Assembly (NCBI GenBank): GCA_003223395.1
Contig: QHUZ01000040.1
Span: 5,381-69,380 of the forward strand
Source of the DNA: Gemmatimonadota bacterium
GTDB lineage: Bacteria; Gemmatimonadota; Gemmatimonadetes; Gemmatimonadales; GWC2-71-9
Length of the DNA stretch: 64,000 nucleotides
Reading direction: 5' to 3'
The position numbers and the translations under genes were made by a program. The notes below the pieces were generated by a model. The model saw nothing but the letters and a program-made list of their open reading frames with translations. It did not search any database and had not been told where the DNA came from. This document shows positions 52,005-60,190 of this stretch, piece by piece. Numbering within the stretch: position 1 is the stretch's first letter; every line of letters begins with the position of its first letter.

Positions 52005-53153
52005 GTGACGACACTCGCCCAGGCCGAGCTGGTCCGCTACAGCCGACACCTCATCCTTCCCGACGTCGGGATACCTGGTCAGGAAAAGTTGAAAGCCGCT
52101 CGGGTCCTGCTCATCGGCGCGGGCGGGCTCGGCTCGCCGGCGGCGCTCTATCTCGCCGCGGCCGGGGTCGGCACGCTCGGTCTCGTGGACTTCGACAACG
52201 TCGATGTCACGAACCTGCAGCGGCAGATCCTGCACGGCACCAAGGACGTCGGGCGGCCGAAGCTCGTGTCGGCGCGCGAGCGCATCGCCGATGTGAACCC
52301 GCACGTGCGGTTGGAGACGTACGAGACGGCGCTCACCTCGAAGAACGCGCTGGACATCCTCAGCGGCTATGACATCGTCGTCGATGGCACGGACAACTTC
52401 GCGACGCGCTATCTGGTGAACGATGCGTGCGTCCTGCTTGGCAAACCAAATGTGTACGGCAGCATCTTCCGGTTCGAAGGACAGGCTTCGGTCTTCGCGC
52501 TCCCCGACGGACCGTGCTACCGCTGTCTCTTCCCGGAACCGCCCCCGCCCGGACTCGTGCCGAGCTGCGCCGAGGGCGGCGTGCTGGGCGTGCTGCCGGG
52601 TCTCGTCGGGACGATTCAGGCGACGGAGACGATCAAGCTGATCGTCGGCGCGGGCGAACCGCTCAAGGGCCGGCTGCTGCTCATCGACACGCTTGGGATG
52701 CAGTTCCGGACCGTCAACGTTCGCAAGGATCCGGCATGCCCGGCCTGCGGCACGCGTGAGATCCGCTCTCTGATCGATTACGAACAGTTCTGCGGTGTGC
52801 GGACCGCGGAAGCGGAGCCGCGGGCCGTTGGCGGGTTCGTCGAGATCACGCCGCGCGAGCTGCAGAGCCGGCTATCGCGCGGGGAGGAGCTGCAGCTGAT
52901 CGACGTGCGGGAGCAGTTCGAGTGGGACATCGCCCGCATTCCCGGCGCGCGGCTCGTGCCGCTGGCGACGTTGCCCGAAGTGGCGGAGACGCTTGACCAC
53001 GGCCGCGAAATCGTGGTCTACTGCAAGGGCGGCAGTCGCAGTCGCGCGGCGGCGACGCATCTCGCCGACGCAGGATTCCCGCGCGTGACGAATTTGACGG
53101 GCGGGATCCTGCGGTGGCAGGCGGAGGTCGATCCGACGCTGCCGCGGTATTGA
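52005..53153 (+). CDS. MoeZ/MoeB-type E1-like adenylyltransferase fused to a rhodanese domain
   Basis: Track ORF 51999..53153 (TTG). GTG 52005 sits 7 nt after GGAGG. Motifs: RYSRHLILP, LIGAGGLGSP, Zn cysteines CYRC...CPAC, and a C-terminal rhodanese with active-site YCKGGSRS. Confidence 0.88.
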   Translation: MTTLAQAELVRYSRHLILPDVGIPGQEKLKAARVLLIGAGGLGSPAALYLAAAGVGTLGLVDFDNVDVTNLQRQILHGTKDVGRPKLVSARERIADVNPHVRLETYETALTSKNALDILSGYDIVVDGTDNFATRYLVNDACVLLGKPNVYGSIFRFEGQASVFALPDGPCYRCLFPEPPPPGLVPSCAEGGVLGVLPGLVGTIQATETIKLIVGAGEPLKGRLLLIDTLGMQFRTVNVRKDPACPACGTREIRSLIDYEQFCGVRTAEAEPRAVGGFVEITPRELQSRLSRGEELQLIDVREQFEWDIARIPGARLVPLATLPEVAETLDHGREIVVYCKGGSRSRAAATHLADAGFPRVTNLTGGILRWQAEVDPTLPRY

Positions 53154-53229
53154 GGCAGCCCGCGCGAATTCGATCCCCGCGGCGATAAAATGGTGACGAC
53201 GATCACTGGCGGACGGCTAACGTCCGGGC

Positions 53230-53475
53230 ATGACGCACGAGTCGGTCGTCGTCGTACTCGCGACCCAGGGCGCGACGCTCGAACGTGACGCGCTCGACGC
53301 GTTGCCGGAGACGACCGTCACATGGTGTCGCGTGGAACGGGAGGGTCGGGTAGCCTGTTTGGCTGCCCGAGTGCGTCACCCGGACCCCGTTTCTGAGTTC
53401 CGAGTCAGAGTCCGGCAATGGAGCGCGGCCCGTGGATGGGGCGTAACTGTTGCGCCGTGCGGGCCGGCTTGCTAA
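53230..53475 (+). CDS. Small hypothetical ORF (weak support)
   Basis: 81 aa. The first roughly 30 codons show high third-position GC, but the rest does not. No family recognised. It may be a gene remnant or non-coding leader. Confidence 0.2.
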   Translation: MTHESVVVVLATQGATLERDALDALPETTVTWCRVEREGRVACLAARVRHPDPVSEFRVRVRQWSAARGWGVTVAPCGPAC

Positions 53476-53485
53476 GATACGTTAC

Positions 53486-54256
53486 ATGCTTGACTTGGGA
53501 GCCCCGGTCACCGGACATGGCGCTGAACCGCCACGGCTCCCGTCGCCTCCATCATGGCGACGTTCCGTATTGTCGCGCTGGTTCGACAGCTGGATGCGCT
53601 CGCTGGGTATGGCGCTCGTGTTGTTCTTGATCATCCGCACCTTCCTCCTCGAAGCATTTCAAATCCCCTCCGGCAGCATGGAACGCACGCTCCTGGCGGG
53701 GGATTTTTTGTTCGTGAATAAAGCCGTCTATGGCGCGCAGATTCCCGGCACCAACGCGCGTCTGCCCGGCTTCAATACGCCCCATCGCGGCGACGTGATC
53801 GTGTTCGCGTATCCGAAGGACCCGACGCTGAGCTACGTGAAGCGCGTGATCGGCACGCCGGGCGACATCGTCGAGATGAAGCAGGGGCAGGTATATGTGA
53901 ACGGCCGCATGCTCGACGAGTCGTACGTGCAGCGCAAGGATCCTCTGCACGACCAGTTCGATCCCGAGTTCAACTGGCAGCGCGAGTATCTGGTGCGGCG
54001 CACCGATGAACAGCTCCGCCGCTATCATCCCACGCGTGATACGTGGGGTCCATTGCGTGTCCCCGATGACAAGTATTTCGTGCTGGGGGACAATCGCGAC
54101 AACTCCCTCGATTCGCGTTATTGGGGCTTTGTCGATGCGAGCGCGGTGAAGGGCCGCCCGCTCGTCGTCTACTTTAGTTACAATCGGGAAACGCGCGATG
54201 CGCTTCCCTGGCTGACCGACATTCGGTGGAGCCGGCTCGGTTCGCTGATTCATTAG
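53486..54256 (+). CDS. lepB: Signal peptidase I (LepB)
   Basis: Internal ATG 53486 of track ORF 53450..54256. Motifs: catalytic Ser IPSGSMERTL, Lys YVKRVIGTPGD, and GDNRDNSLDSRYWGFV. Confidence 0.9.
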   Translation: MLDLGAPVTGHGAEPPRLPSPPSWRRSVLSRWFDSWMRSLGMALVLFLIIRTFLLEAFQIPSGSMERTLLAGDFLFVNKAVYGAQIPGTNARLPGFNTPHRGDVIVFAYPKDPTLSYVKRVIGTPGDIVEMKQGQVYVNGRMLDESYVQRKDPLHDQFDPEFNWQREYLVRRTDEQLRRYHPTRDTWGPLRVPDDKYFVLGDNRDNSLDSRYWGFVDASAVKGRPLVVYFSYNRETRDALPWLTDIRWSRLGSLIH

Positions 54257-54289
54257 AGTGGTAGCTTCCCCAAGAGGAGTGGCCACCCC

Positions 54290-55147
54290 ATGCAATTGAA
54301 TACGGCGAAGCGCGCATCATTTGATGAGGGATCTCTGGATCAGTATCTGCGGGAAATCAGCCAGTATCCGCTGATCACGCGCGAAGAAGAGGTCACCCTC
54401 GCGCAGCGGATCAAGCAACAGGATCCGGAGGCGCTCGACAAGCTCGTGCGCTCGAACCTGCGATTCGTCGTGTCGGTCGCCAAGAAATATCAGAATCAGG
54501 GCGTCTCTCTGTCCGACCTGATCAACGAGGGCAACCTCGGCCTGATCCGCGCCGCCCACAAGTTCGACGAGACCAAAGGCATCAAGTTCATCTCGTACGC
54601 GGTCTGGTGGATCCGCCAGGCGATCCTGCAGGCGCTCGCCGAGCAGTCGCGCATCGTGCGCGTGCCGCTGAACCGCGCCGGTACGCTGCATCGCATCGGC
54701 AAACGCTCGGCGTCGCTGCTCCAGGAACTGGGGCGGGAGCCGACGGTGGAAGAGATCGCCGAAGGGATGGACATCTCCGAGGAAGAAGTCGCCAAGACGC
54801 TGTCGATCTCGCAGGCGCACCTGTCGCTCGACGCCCCGCTCACGCCCGGCGAAGACAACAAACTGCTCGACTACCTGCCCGACACCACGAATCCGGGTCC
54901 CGACAACGAGATCTTCGAGCACGCGCTCACCGAGTCGATCGAATCGGTGCTCGCCACGCTGAAGGAGCGCGAGGCCAGGATCCTCCGGCTGTACTTCGGG
55001 CTCGAAGGCCAGGAGCCCATGACGCTCGAGGAAATCGGCTCGCAGCTCGGTATCACGCGCGAGCGGGTCCGGCAATTAAAGGAAAAGGCGCTGGCGAGGC
55101 TCCGTCATGTCTCGAGAGCCCGCGCGCTGGAAAGCTTCCTGTCCTAG
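54290..55147 (+). CDS. Sigma-70 family RNA polymerase sigma factor (RpoD/RpoS-like, short form lacking region 1.1)
   Basis: 285 aa. Region 1.2 LDQYLREI, region 2 DLINEGNLGLIRAAHKFD and YAVWWIRQAI, region 3, and region 4.2 LEEIGSQLGITRERVRQLKEKAL. Confidence 0.9.
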   Translation: MQLNTAKRASFDEGSLDQYLREISQYPLITREEEVTLAQRIKQQDPEALDKLVRSNLRFVVSVAKKYQNQGVSLSDLINEGNLGLIRAAHKFDETKGIKFISYAVWWIRQAILQALAEQSRIVRVPLNRAGTLHRIGKRSASLLQELGREPTVEEIAEGMDISEEEVAKTLSISQAHLSLDAPLTPGEDNKLLDYLPDTTNPGPDNEIFEHALTESIESVLATLKEREARILRLYFGLEGQEPMTLEEIGSQLGITRERVRQLKEKALARLRHVSRARALESFLS

Positions 55148-55152
55148 GGTCG

Positions 55153-55173
55153 GGGCGGGTAGATTACCCGCCC
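55153..55173 (+). terminator. GC-rich stem-loop between the sigma factor gene and yajQ (terminator or attenuator)
   Basis: GGGCGGGTA-GAT-TACCCGCCC forms a perfect 9-bp stem. There is no T-tract, and it ends 1 nt before the yajQ ATG. Confidence 0.35.
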
Positions 55174-55174
55174 T

Positions 55175-55678
55175 ATGGCCTCCACCGCGTCGTTTGACGT
55201 TTCCACCGGCGCCGACCTCCAAGAGGTCGACAACGCCGTCAATCAGGCTCAGAAAGAGATCATTCAGCGCTACGACTTCAAAGGCTCGAAGGCGTCGATC
55301 GCGTTCGACCGCCCGAAGGCGACGCTGACGCTTGTCGCCGACGACGACTTCAAGATGAAAGCACTGTTCGACGTCCTGCAGTCGAAGATGATCAAGCGCG
55401 GCGTGCCGGTGAAAAACATGGAGCTCGGCGCGATCACGCCGGCGGCCAACGACACCGTGCGGCGCGAGATCAAACTCACGCAGGGCATCCCGCAGGAAAA
55501 AGCCAAGACGATCGTGAAGGCCATCAAGGACAAGAAATTCAAGAAGGCGCAAGCCTCGATTCAGGGCGAAGAAATTCGCGTGCAAGCCCCATCCAAGGAC
55601 GAGCTGCAAGAGGTCATCGCGTTCCTGCGGGCACAAGACTTCGGCATCGAGCTGAAGTTCGGGAACTATCGCGGATGA
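55175..55678 (+). CDS. yajQ: YajQ-family (UPF0234) nucleotide/c-di-GMP-binding protein
   Basis: 167 aa. SFDVSTGADLQEVDNAVNQAQKEIIQRYDFKGS...ELKFGNYR is a typical YajQ sequence. Confidence 0.88.
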   Translation: MASTASFDVSTGADLQEVDNAVNQAQKEIIQRYDFKGSKASIAFDRPKATLTLVADDDFKMKALFDVLQSKMIKRGVPVKNMELGAITPAANDTVRREIKLTQGIPQEKAKTIVKAIKDKKFKKAQASIQGEEIRVQAPSKDELQEVIAFLRAQDFGIELKFGNYRG

Positions 55679-56985
55679 AGCTGGGCGTCATCTCCCTCGG
55701 CTGCGACAAAGCGACGGTCGACTCCGAGCGGCTCGTGGGCGAGCTGGTCGGGCACGGGGCGATCGTCACGCCCGAGCTGCAAGCGGCCGACGTCATCCTG
55801 GTCAACACCTGCGGCTTTATCGACGCCGCGAAACAGGAATCGATCGACGCGATGCTCGAGGCCGCGAAGCTCAAGCAACAGGGCGTCAAGGCGGTCGTGG
55901 CGGTGGGGTGCCTGATCCAGCGCTACAAGCAGGAGCTGATGAAGGAGATTCCCGAAGTCGATCTGATGCTCGGGTTCTCGGAGCTCCATCATCTGGTGCC
56001 CGAGCTTGCGCAGCGGGGGCTCATCGAGGATCCCGTCGCGTCGCATCCCGGCGTGCGTCAGTTCCTAGGGCGTCAGTCGCACGTGCGCTACCTCAAGATC
56101 TCGGAGGGTTGCGATCACACCTGCGCCTTCTGCGCGATTCCGCTGATGCGCGGCAAGCATCGCTCCGAGCCGCTCGCTCGACTGGTGCGCGAGGCGCAAC
56201 AACTCGAAGCACAAGGCGCGAAAGAGATTAACCTCGTAGCTCAGGACCTCGGTCACTGGGGTCGGGATCTAGGAGTTGGGAGTCCGAAACTGCCCGATCT
56301 GCTCGAGGCGCTGCTGCGCGAGACGACTGTCCCATGGTTCCGCTTGCTCTACGTCTACTCGGCAGGGATTAACGAGCGCCTCGTCGAGCTGATGGCGCGC
56401 GAGTCGCGCATCGTGCCATACATCGACATGCCGATTCAACACGCGACCGACCGCATGCTCGAGCGGATGCGGCGGCCGGAGCGCCTGCGCACGTTGCGGG
56501 AGAAGCTCACCTGGCTGCGCGGCGCCGTCTCTGACCTCGCGATCCGTACGACATGCCTCGTGGGATTCCCGGGCGAGACGGAGGACGATTTCCGGGCGTT
56601 GCTCGCCTTCCTCGAGGAAGCGCAGTTCGACCGCATGGGCGCGTTCGCGTACTCGCCGCAGGAAGGCACGCGGGCGATGCAATATGAAGACGACGTCGAA
56701 GACGGCGTCAAGCGAGATCGTCTAGAAGAAATCGTCGAGGTACAACGTGCGATTTCTGCCGAGCGATTGGCGCGGTTCGTCGGGCTCGATGTGGACGTCC
56801 TCGTGGACCGGCTGGAAGATGAAGAGGGCATCAAGGTCGGGCGCGTCCAGTGGCAGGCCGACGACGTCGATGGCGTCACCTACCTCGAGCGCGGCGACTG
56901 GGGGGGGGCCGAGCCCGGGGGCTTCGTGCGGGCGCGGATCACGGCCAGCGAAGACTACGATTTCCAGGCGGCTGCGCTGACGTGA
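55675..56985 (+). CDS. rimO: Ribosomal protein S12 methylthiotransferase RimO
   Basis: 436 aa. UPF0004 cysteines (SLGC, NTCGF, VGCL), radical-SAM CDHTCAFCAIP, and a C-terminal TRAM domain. ATGA overlap with yajQ. Confidence 0.9.
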   Translation: MKLGVISLGCDKATVDSERLVGELVGHGAIVTPELQAADVILVNTCGFIDAAKQESIDAMLEAAKLKQQGVKAVVAVGCLIQRYKQELMKEIPEVDLMLGFSELHHLVPELAQRGLIEDPVASHPGVRQFLGRQSHVRYLKISEGCDHTCAFCAIPLMRGKHRSEPLARLVREAQQLEAQGAKEINLVAQDLGHWGRDLGVGSPKLPDLLEALLRETTVPWFRLLYVYSAGINERLVELMARESRIVPYIDMPIQHATDRMLERMRRPERLRTLREKLTWLRGAVSDLAIRTTCLVGFPGETEDDFRALLAFLEEAQFDRMGAFAYSPQEGTRAMQYEDDVEDGVKRDRLEEIVEVQRAISAERLARFVGLDVDVLVDRLEDEEGIKVGRVQWQADDVDGVTYLERGDWGGAEPGGFVRARITASEDYDFQAAALT

Positions 56986-58268
56986 CGCGATCGAGCGAGC
57001 TTTTCAACCGGGCGCAACGGGTGTTGCCCGGTGGCGTGAACTCACCCGTGCGGGCGTTCCGGGCAGTCGGCGGGACGCCTTTTTTCGTGGCTCACGGTCA
57101 CGGATCCAGCCTCGCCGACGTCGATGGTGAGGAGTATCTGGATTACGTGTGCTCCTGGGGTGCGCTGATCCTGGGGCACGCGCACCCCGTCGTCCTCGAT
57201 GCGGTCCGTGCGGCGGCGGGACGGGGATGGACGTACGGCGCTCCGTGCGAGGCCGAAGTCGATCTCGCGGAGGAAGTGCGGCAGCGCATGCCGAGCCTCG
57301 AGATGATGCGGTTCGTGAACAGCGGCACCGAAGCGACGATGGCCGCGGTCCGGCTGGCGCGCGCGGCCACGGGCCGCGACATCATCATCAAGTTCGAGGG
57401 CTGTTACCACGGTCACGCGGACAGCTTTCTCGTCAAGGCGGGCTCCGGCGTCGCGACGCTGGGGTTGCCCGACAGTCCGGGTGTCCCCGCGGCGCTGGCG
57501 AGTCTCACGCTCACGGCGCCCTTCAACGACGCCCGGGCCGTCGCCGATCTGTTCCGCGAGCATGCGGGTCGCATCGCGGCGGTCATCGTCGAGCCGTATG
57601 TGGGCAATGTTGGCTTCATCAGCCCCGACTCCGATTTTCATCCGTCGCTGCGAGACCTGTGTGACCAATACGGCGCGTTGTTGATCTTCGATGAAGTGAT
57701 GACCGGGTTTCGCGTCGCACCGGGAGGTGCCCAGGAGCGTCTTGGGGTGAAACCCGACCTCACAACGCTGGGCAAGATCGTGGGCGGCGGGTTTCCGGTT
57801 GGCGTGTACGGGGGCCGCGCTGATCTCATGAAGCGCATCGCGCCGGAAGGGCCGGTCTATCAGGCAGGGACGCTCTCCGGCAATCCCGTCGCGATGGCTG
57901 CGGGTCTCGCGACTGTGCGAGAGACGAACGCCCGAGGCTTCTACGAGGAGCTCGAGCAAAAGACCGCACGGCTCACGAATGGACTGCAGCGCGCCGCGCA
58001 ACGCCACGGCGTGGCAATCTCGCTCGGACACGCGGGATCGATGTGGGGCGCCTACTTCACGGAAGGCCCGGTTCGCAACTACGCGGATGCCAAGCGCACC
58101 GACACCGCGCTGTTCGCGCGCTGGCATAAGGCTGCGCTCGCTCGGGGGATTTTCCTGGCGCCGTCCGCGTTCGAAGCGGGCTTCGTCTCGGCGGCGCACA
58201 CGGACGGAGATATCGACGTCACCATCGAGCAGCTCGATGCGGCGCTGGCCGAAGCGCGCGCTCACTAG
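56982..58268 (+). CDS. hemL: Glutamate-1-semialdehyde 2,1-aminomutase HemL
   Basis: GTG 56982 forms a GTGA overlap with the rimO stop, inside track ORF 56850..58268. Motifs: LPGGVNSPVRAF, FDEVMTGFR, PLP-Lys TLGKIVGGG, GTLSGNP. Confidence 0.92.
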   Translation: MTRSSELFNRAQRVLPGGVNSPVRAFRAVGGTPFFVAHGHGSSLADVDGEEYLDYVCSWGALILGHAHPVVLDAVRAAAGRGWTYGAPCEAEVDLAEEVRQRMPSLEMMRFVNSGTEATMAAVRLARAATGRDIIIKFEGCYHGHADSFLVKAGSGVATLGLPDSPGVPAALASLTLTAPFNDARAVADLFREHAGRIAAVIVEPYVGNVGFISPDSDFHPSLRDLCDQYGALLIFDEVMTGFRVAPGGAQERLGVKPDLTTLGKIVGGGFPVGVYGGRADLMKRIAPEGPVYQAGTLSGNPVAMAAGLATVRETNARGFYEELEQKTARLTNGLQRAAQRHGVAISLGHAGSMWGAYFTEGPVRNYADAKRTDTALFARWHKAALARGIFLAPSAFEAGFVSAAHTDGDIDVTIEQLDAALAEARAH

Positions 58269-59499
58269 CCTCGCGCTGATCGCGACGGCCGCCTGCCCGC
58301 GGCCATCCCGGGCTCCGCCGCCCGCGGCGGGCGAGCCGGAGCTGCGCATCGGTCTCGCGGTGGGACTCCCCAATGCGTCGATCGGCGGGGCCGAGAGCGG
58401 CGAGCTGTTCGTCAGCGAGGCCGCGAGCGGCACGGCGGTGGGATCGATTCCGGCCGGGGCGCGGTGGGTCGTCTTCCCCGATTCTGCTGATCCCTCGCGG
58501 CTCCGGCTGATGAAGCCCGACAGCACACGCACTGAGCCGTTGCGCGGCATCGCGGTCGTGAACGTCACCGAGAACCGGTTCGTGGTGGCGAACGGCCGGC
58601 GCTATCGCGGGCGCATCAGCATCACGTCGGGGCGCGGCGGTCTCACCGTGGTGAATCGCGTGAATGTCGAGAGCTACATCGCGGGCGTCGTGCCGCCGGA
58701 AATCGGGGCGCGCCGGCCCGACGAGCTGGCGGCCGTCCTCGCCCAGGCCGTCGTCTCCCGCACTTTCGCGATCAAGAACCGGGGCCGCTGGGAGGCGTTT
58801 GGGTTCGACGCGTACGCCGACACGCGCGATCAGGTCTACCTCGGCGTCGCGGTGGAAACCGCACAGGCCTGGGACGCCGTGCGAAAAACCGCGGGCCAGG
58901 TGCTGACGTACGACGGTGACGTCATCGACGCCTATTTCCATTCGGCCTGTGGATTCAGCACCGCCGGTGTGGACGAGGCGTTTGGAACCGCGCGGACGCG
59001 TCCCTACCTGCGACCCGTTTCCGATGACCGGGGCGGGGGCCATTACTACTGTGACATCTCCCCACGATTTCGCTGGTTGGAAGAATGGGACGCCCCCAAG
59101 CTGCGCGCTATATTGTCGCGGACGCTGCCGGGGGTGACGCCGCTGTCCGGTGACGGACTCCAGAAGATCACCGACGTCACCGTGAGCCGCACCACGCGCT
59201 CGGGCCGGGTTGGCGAGCTGCGGATCGTGTTCGAGCGCGGGGACATTCGGATTCCCGGGCCGGACGTCCGTTCGGTGCTGCGCCCGGAAGAGGATCGCAC
59301 GCTCTCGAGTACGGCGTTTCAGCTGACGGTGACGAAGACCAACGGTGTGGTCACGCGCGTCGTCGCGGCCGGCGCAGGCTCCGGGCACGCCGTCGGGATG
59401 TGTCAGTGGGGAGCGATCGGTCGCGCGCGGGTGGGGCAGGACTATAGCAAGATCCTAACTACCTATTTCCCCGGAACGAAAATTGAGAAGCTCTACTAA
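58237..59499 (+). CDS. SpoIID/LytB-domain lipoprotein
   Basis: Internal ATG 58237 of track ORF 57979..59499 gives MRRWPKRALTSLALIATAAC (lipoprotein signal). SpoIID-type motifs VESYIAGVVPPE, QAVVSRTF, YFHSACGFST and GHAVGMCQWGA are present. Confidence 0.85.
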   Translation: MRRWPKRALTSLALIATAACPRPSRAPPPAAGEPELRIGLAVGLPNASIGGAESGELFVSEAASGTAVGSIPAGARWVVFPDSADPSRLRLMKPDSTRTEPLRGIAVVNVTENRFVVANGRRYRGRISITSGRGGLTVVNRVNVESYIAGVVPPEIGARRPDELAAVLAQAVVSRTFAIKNRGRWEAFGFDAYADTRDQVYLGVAVETAQAWDAVRKTAGQVLTYDGDVIDAYFHSACGFSTAGVDEAFGTARTRPYLRPVSDDRGGGHYYCDISPRFRWLEEWDAPKLRAILSRTLPGVTPLSGDGLQKITDVTVSRTTRSGRVGELRIVFERGDIRIPGPDVRSVLRPEEDRTLSSTAFQLTVTKTNGVVTRVVAAGAGSGHAVGMCQWGAIGRARVGQDYSKILTTYFPGTKIEKLY

Positions 59500-59510
59500 G
59501 ACGGAACGAT

Positions 59511-59578
59511 GGAAAGTTGGAATGATGGAATGTCTGTTCGTGCTTCTACTTTCCGCCATTCCATCATTCCATCTTTCC
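59511..59578. repeat. AT-rich 22-bp inverted repeat (hairpin) overlapping the start of the next gene
   Basis: GGAAAGTTGGAATGATGGAATG (59511-59532) and CATTCCATCATTCCATCTTTCC (59557-59578) are reverse complements except for one position. They are separated by a 24-nt loop. Confidence 0.8.
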
Positions 59579-60190
59579 GCCCAAGGCGTCCTCAACCAGT
59601 TCTCCTACGACAATCTCCGGCTGTCCGGTATCCAGCTCGACGCCGGGCTGCTCGGCGCGTCGGACCTCATCGGCACGACCGTCGGCGGCCTCCGCATCGA
59701 TTATGGCCGGATCGCCCCGAAGGTGCGCCTCCTGCTGGGGCTATCGTACTTCCACTCGCGATTCGACCAGCAAGCGCTGCAGCGATTCGAGCGGCGGCTC
59801 GACAGCATCGTGAATCCGGGCACCCCCGATAACATCAATCTCGGCCGGATCTCGCTCGGCGACGTGGTCGGCGATGTCGATTTCCAGTTCGTCTTCCCTC
59901 AGGGCCACGGCATCACCGCGTATCTCGGCACCGGCGTGAGCATTCACGTGCGCAATGGGAGCGGCCCGGCCATCAACGGTACGTTCATGGAGGATGCGCT
60001 CGACGTCATCACGGCGGGCTTGAACGGCACGATGGGGTTCGAGTTCAATCTTTCTCACGCCTGGCGTTTCACCGTGGATGGACGTGGCGTGCTCTCGAGC
60101 GGGCTGCGAAGCGTCAGCCTCCGGACCGGCATCATGTATCGGCTGCACGGGGGCAGGGAGCAGGGAACCGGGAGCGGGACCAGGAAGTGA
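59522..60190 (+). CDS. Hypothetical secreted protein, probable outer-membrane beta-barrel
   Basis: Internal ATG 59522 of track ORF 59483..60190 gives MMECLFVLLLSAIPSFHLSA-QG (signal peptide). Alternating Gly/aromatic strands. No family recognised. Confidence 0.5.
   Translation: MMECLFVLLLSAIPSFHLSAQGVLNQFSYDNLRLSGIQLDAGLLGASDLIGTTVGGLRIDYGRIAPKVRLLLGLSYFHSRFDQQALQRFERRLDSIVNPGTPDNINLGRISLGDVVGDVDFQFVFPQGHGITAYLGTGVSIHVRNGSGPAINGTFMEDALDVITAGLNGTMGFEFNLSHAWRFTVDGRGVLSSGLRSVSLRTGIMYRLHGGREQGTGSGTRK

Noticed and set aside
53203-53418. A 71-aa minus-strand ORF in the moeZ-lepB spacer.
   Set aside because: It has no signal, motif or codon-bias support, and it overlaps the equally weak plus-strand ORF.
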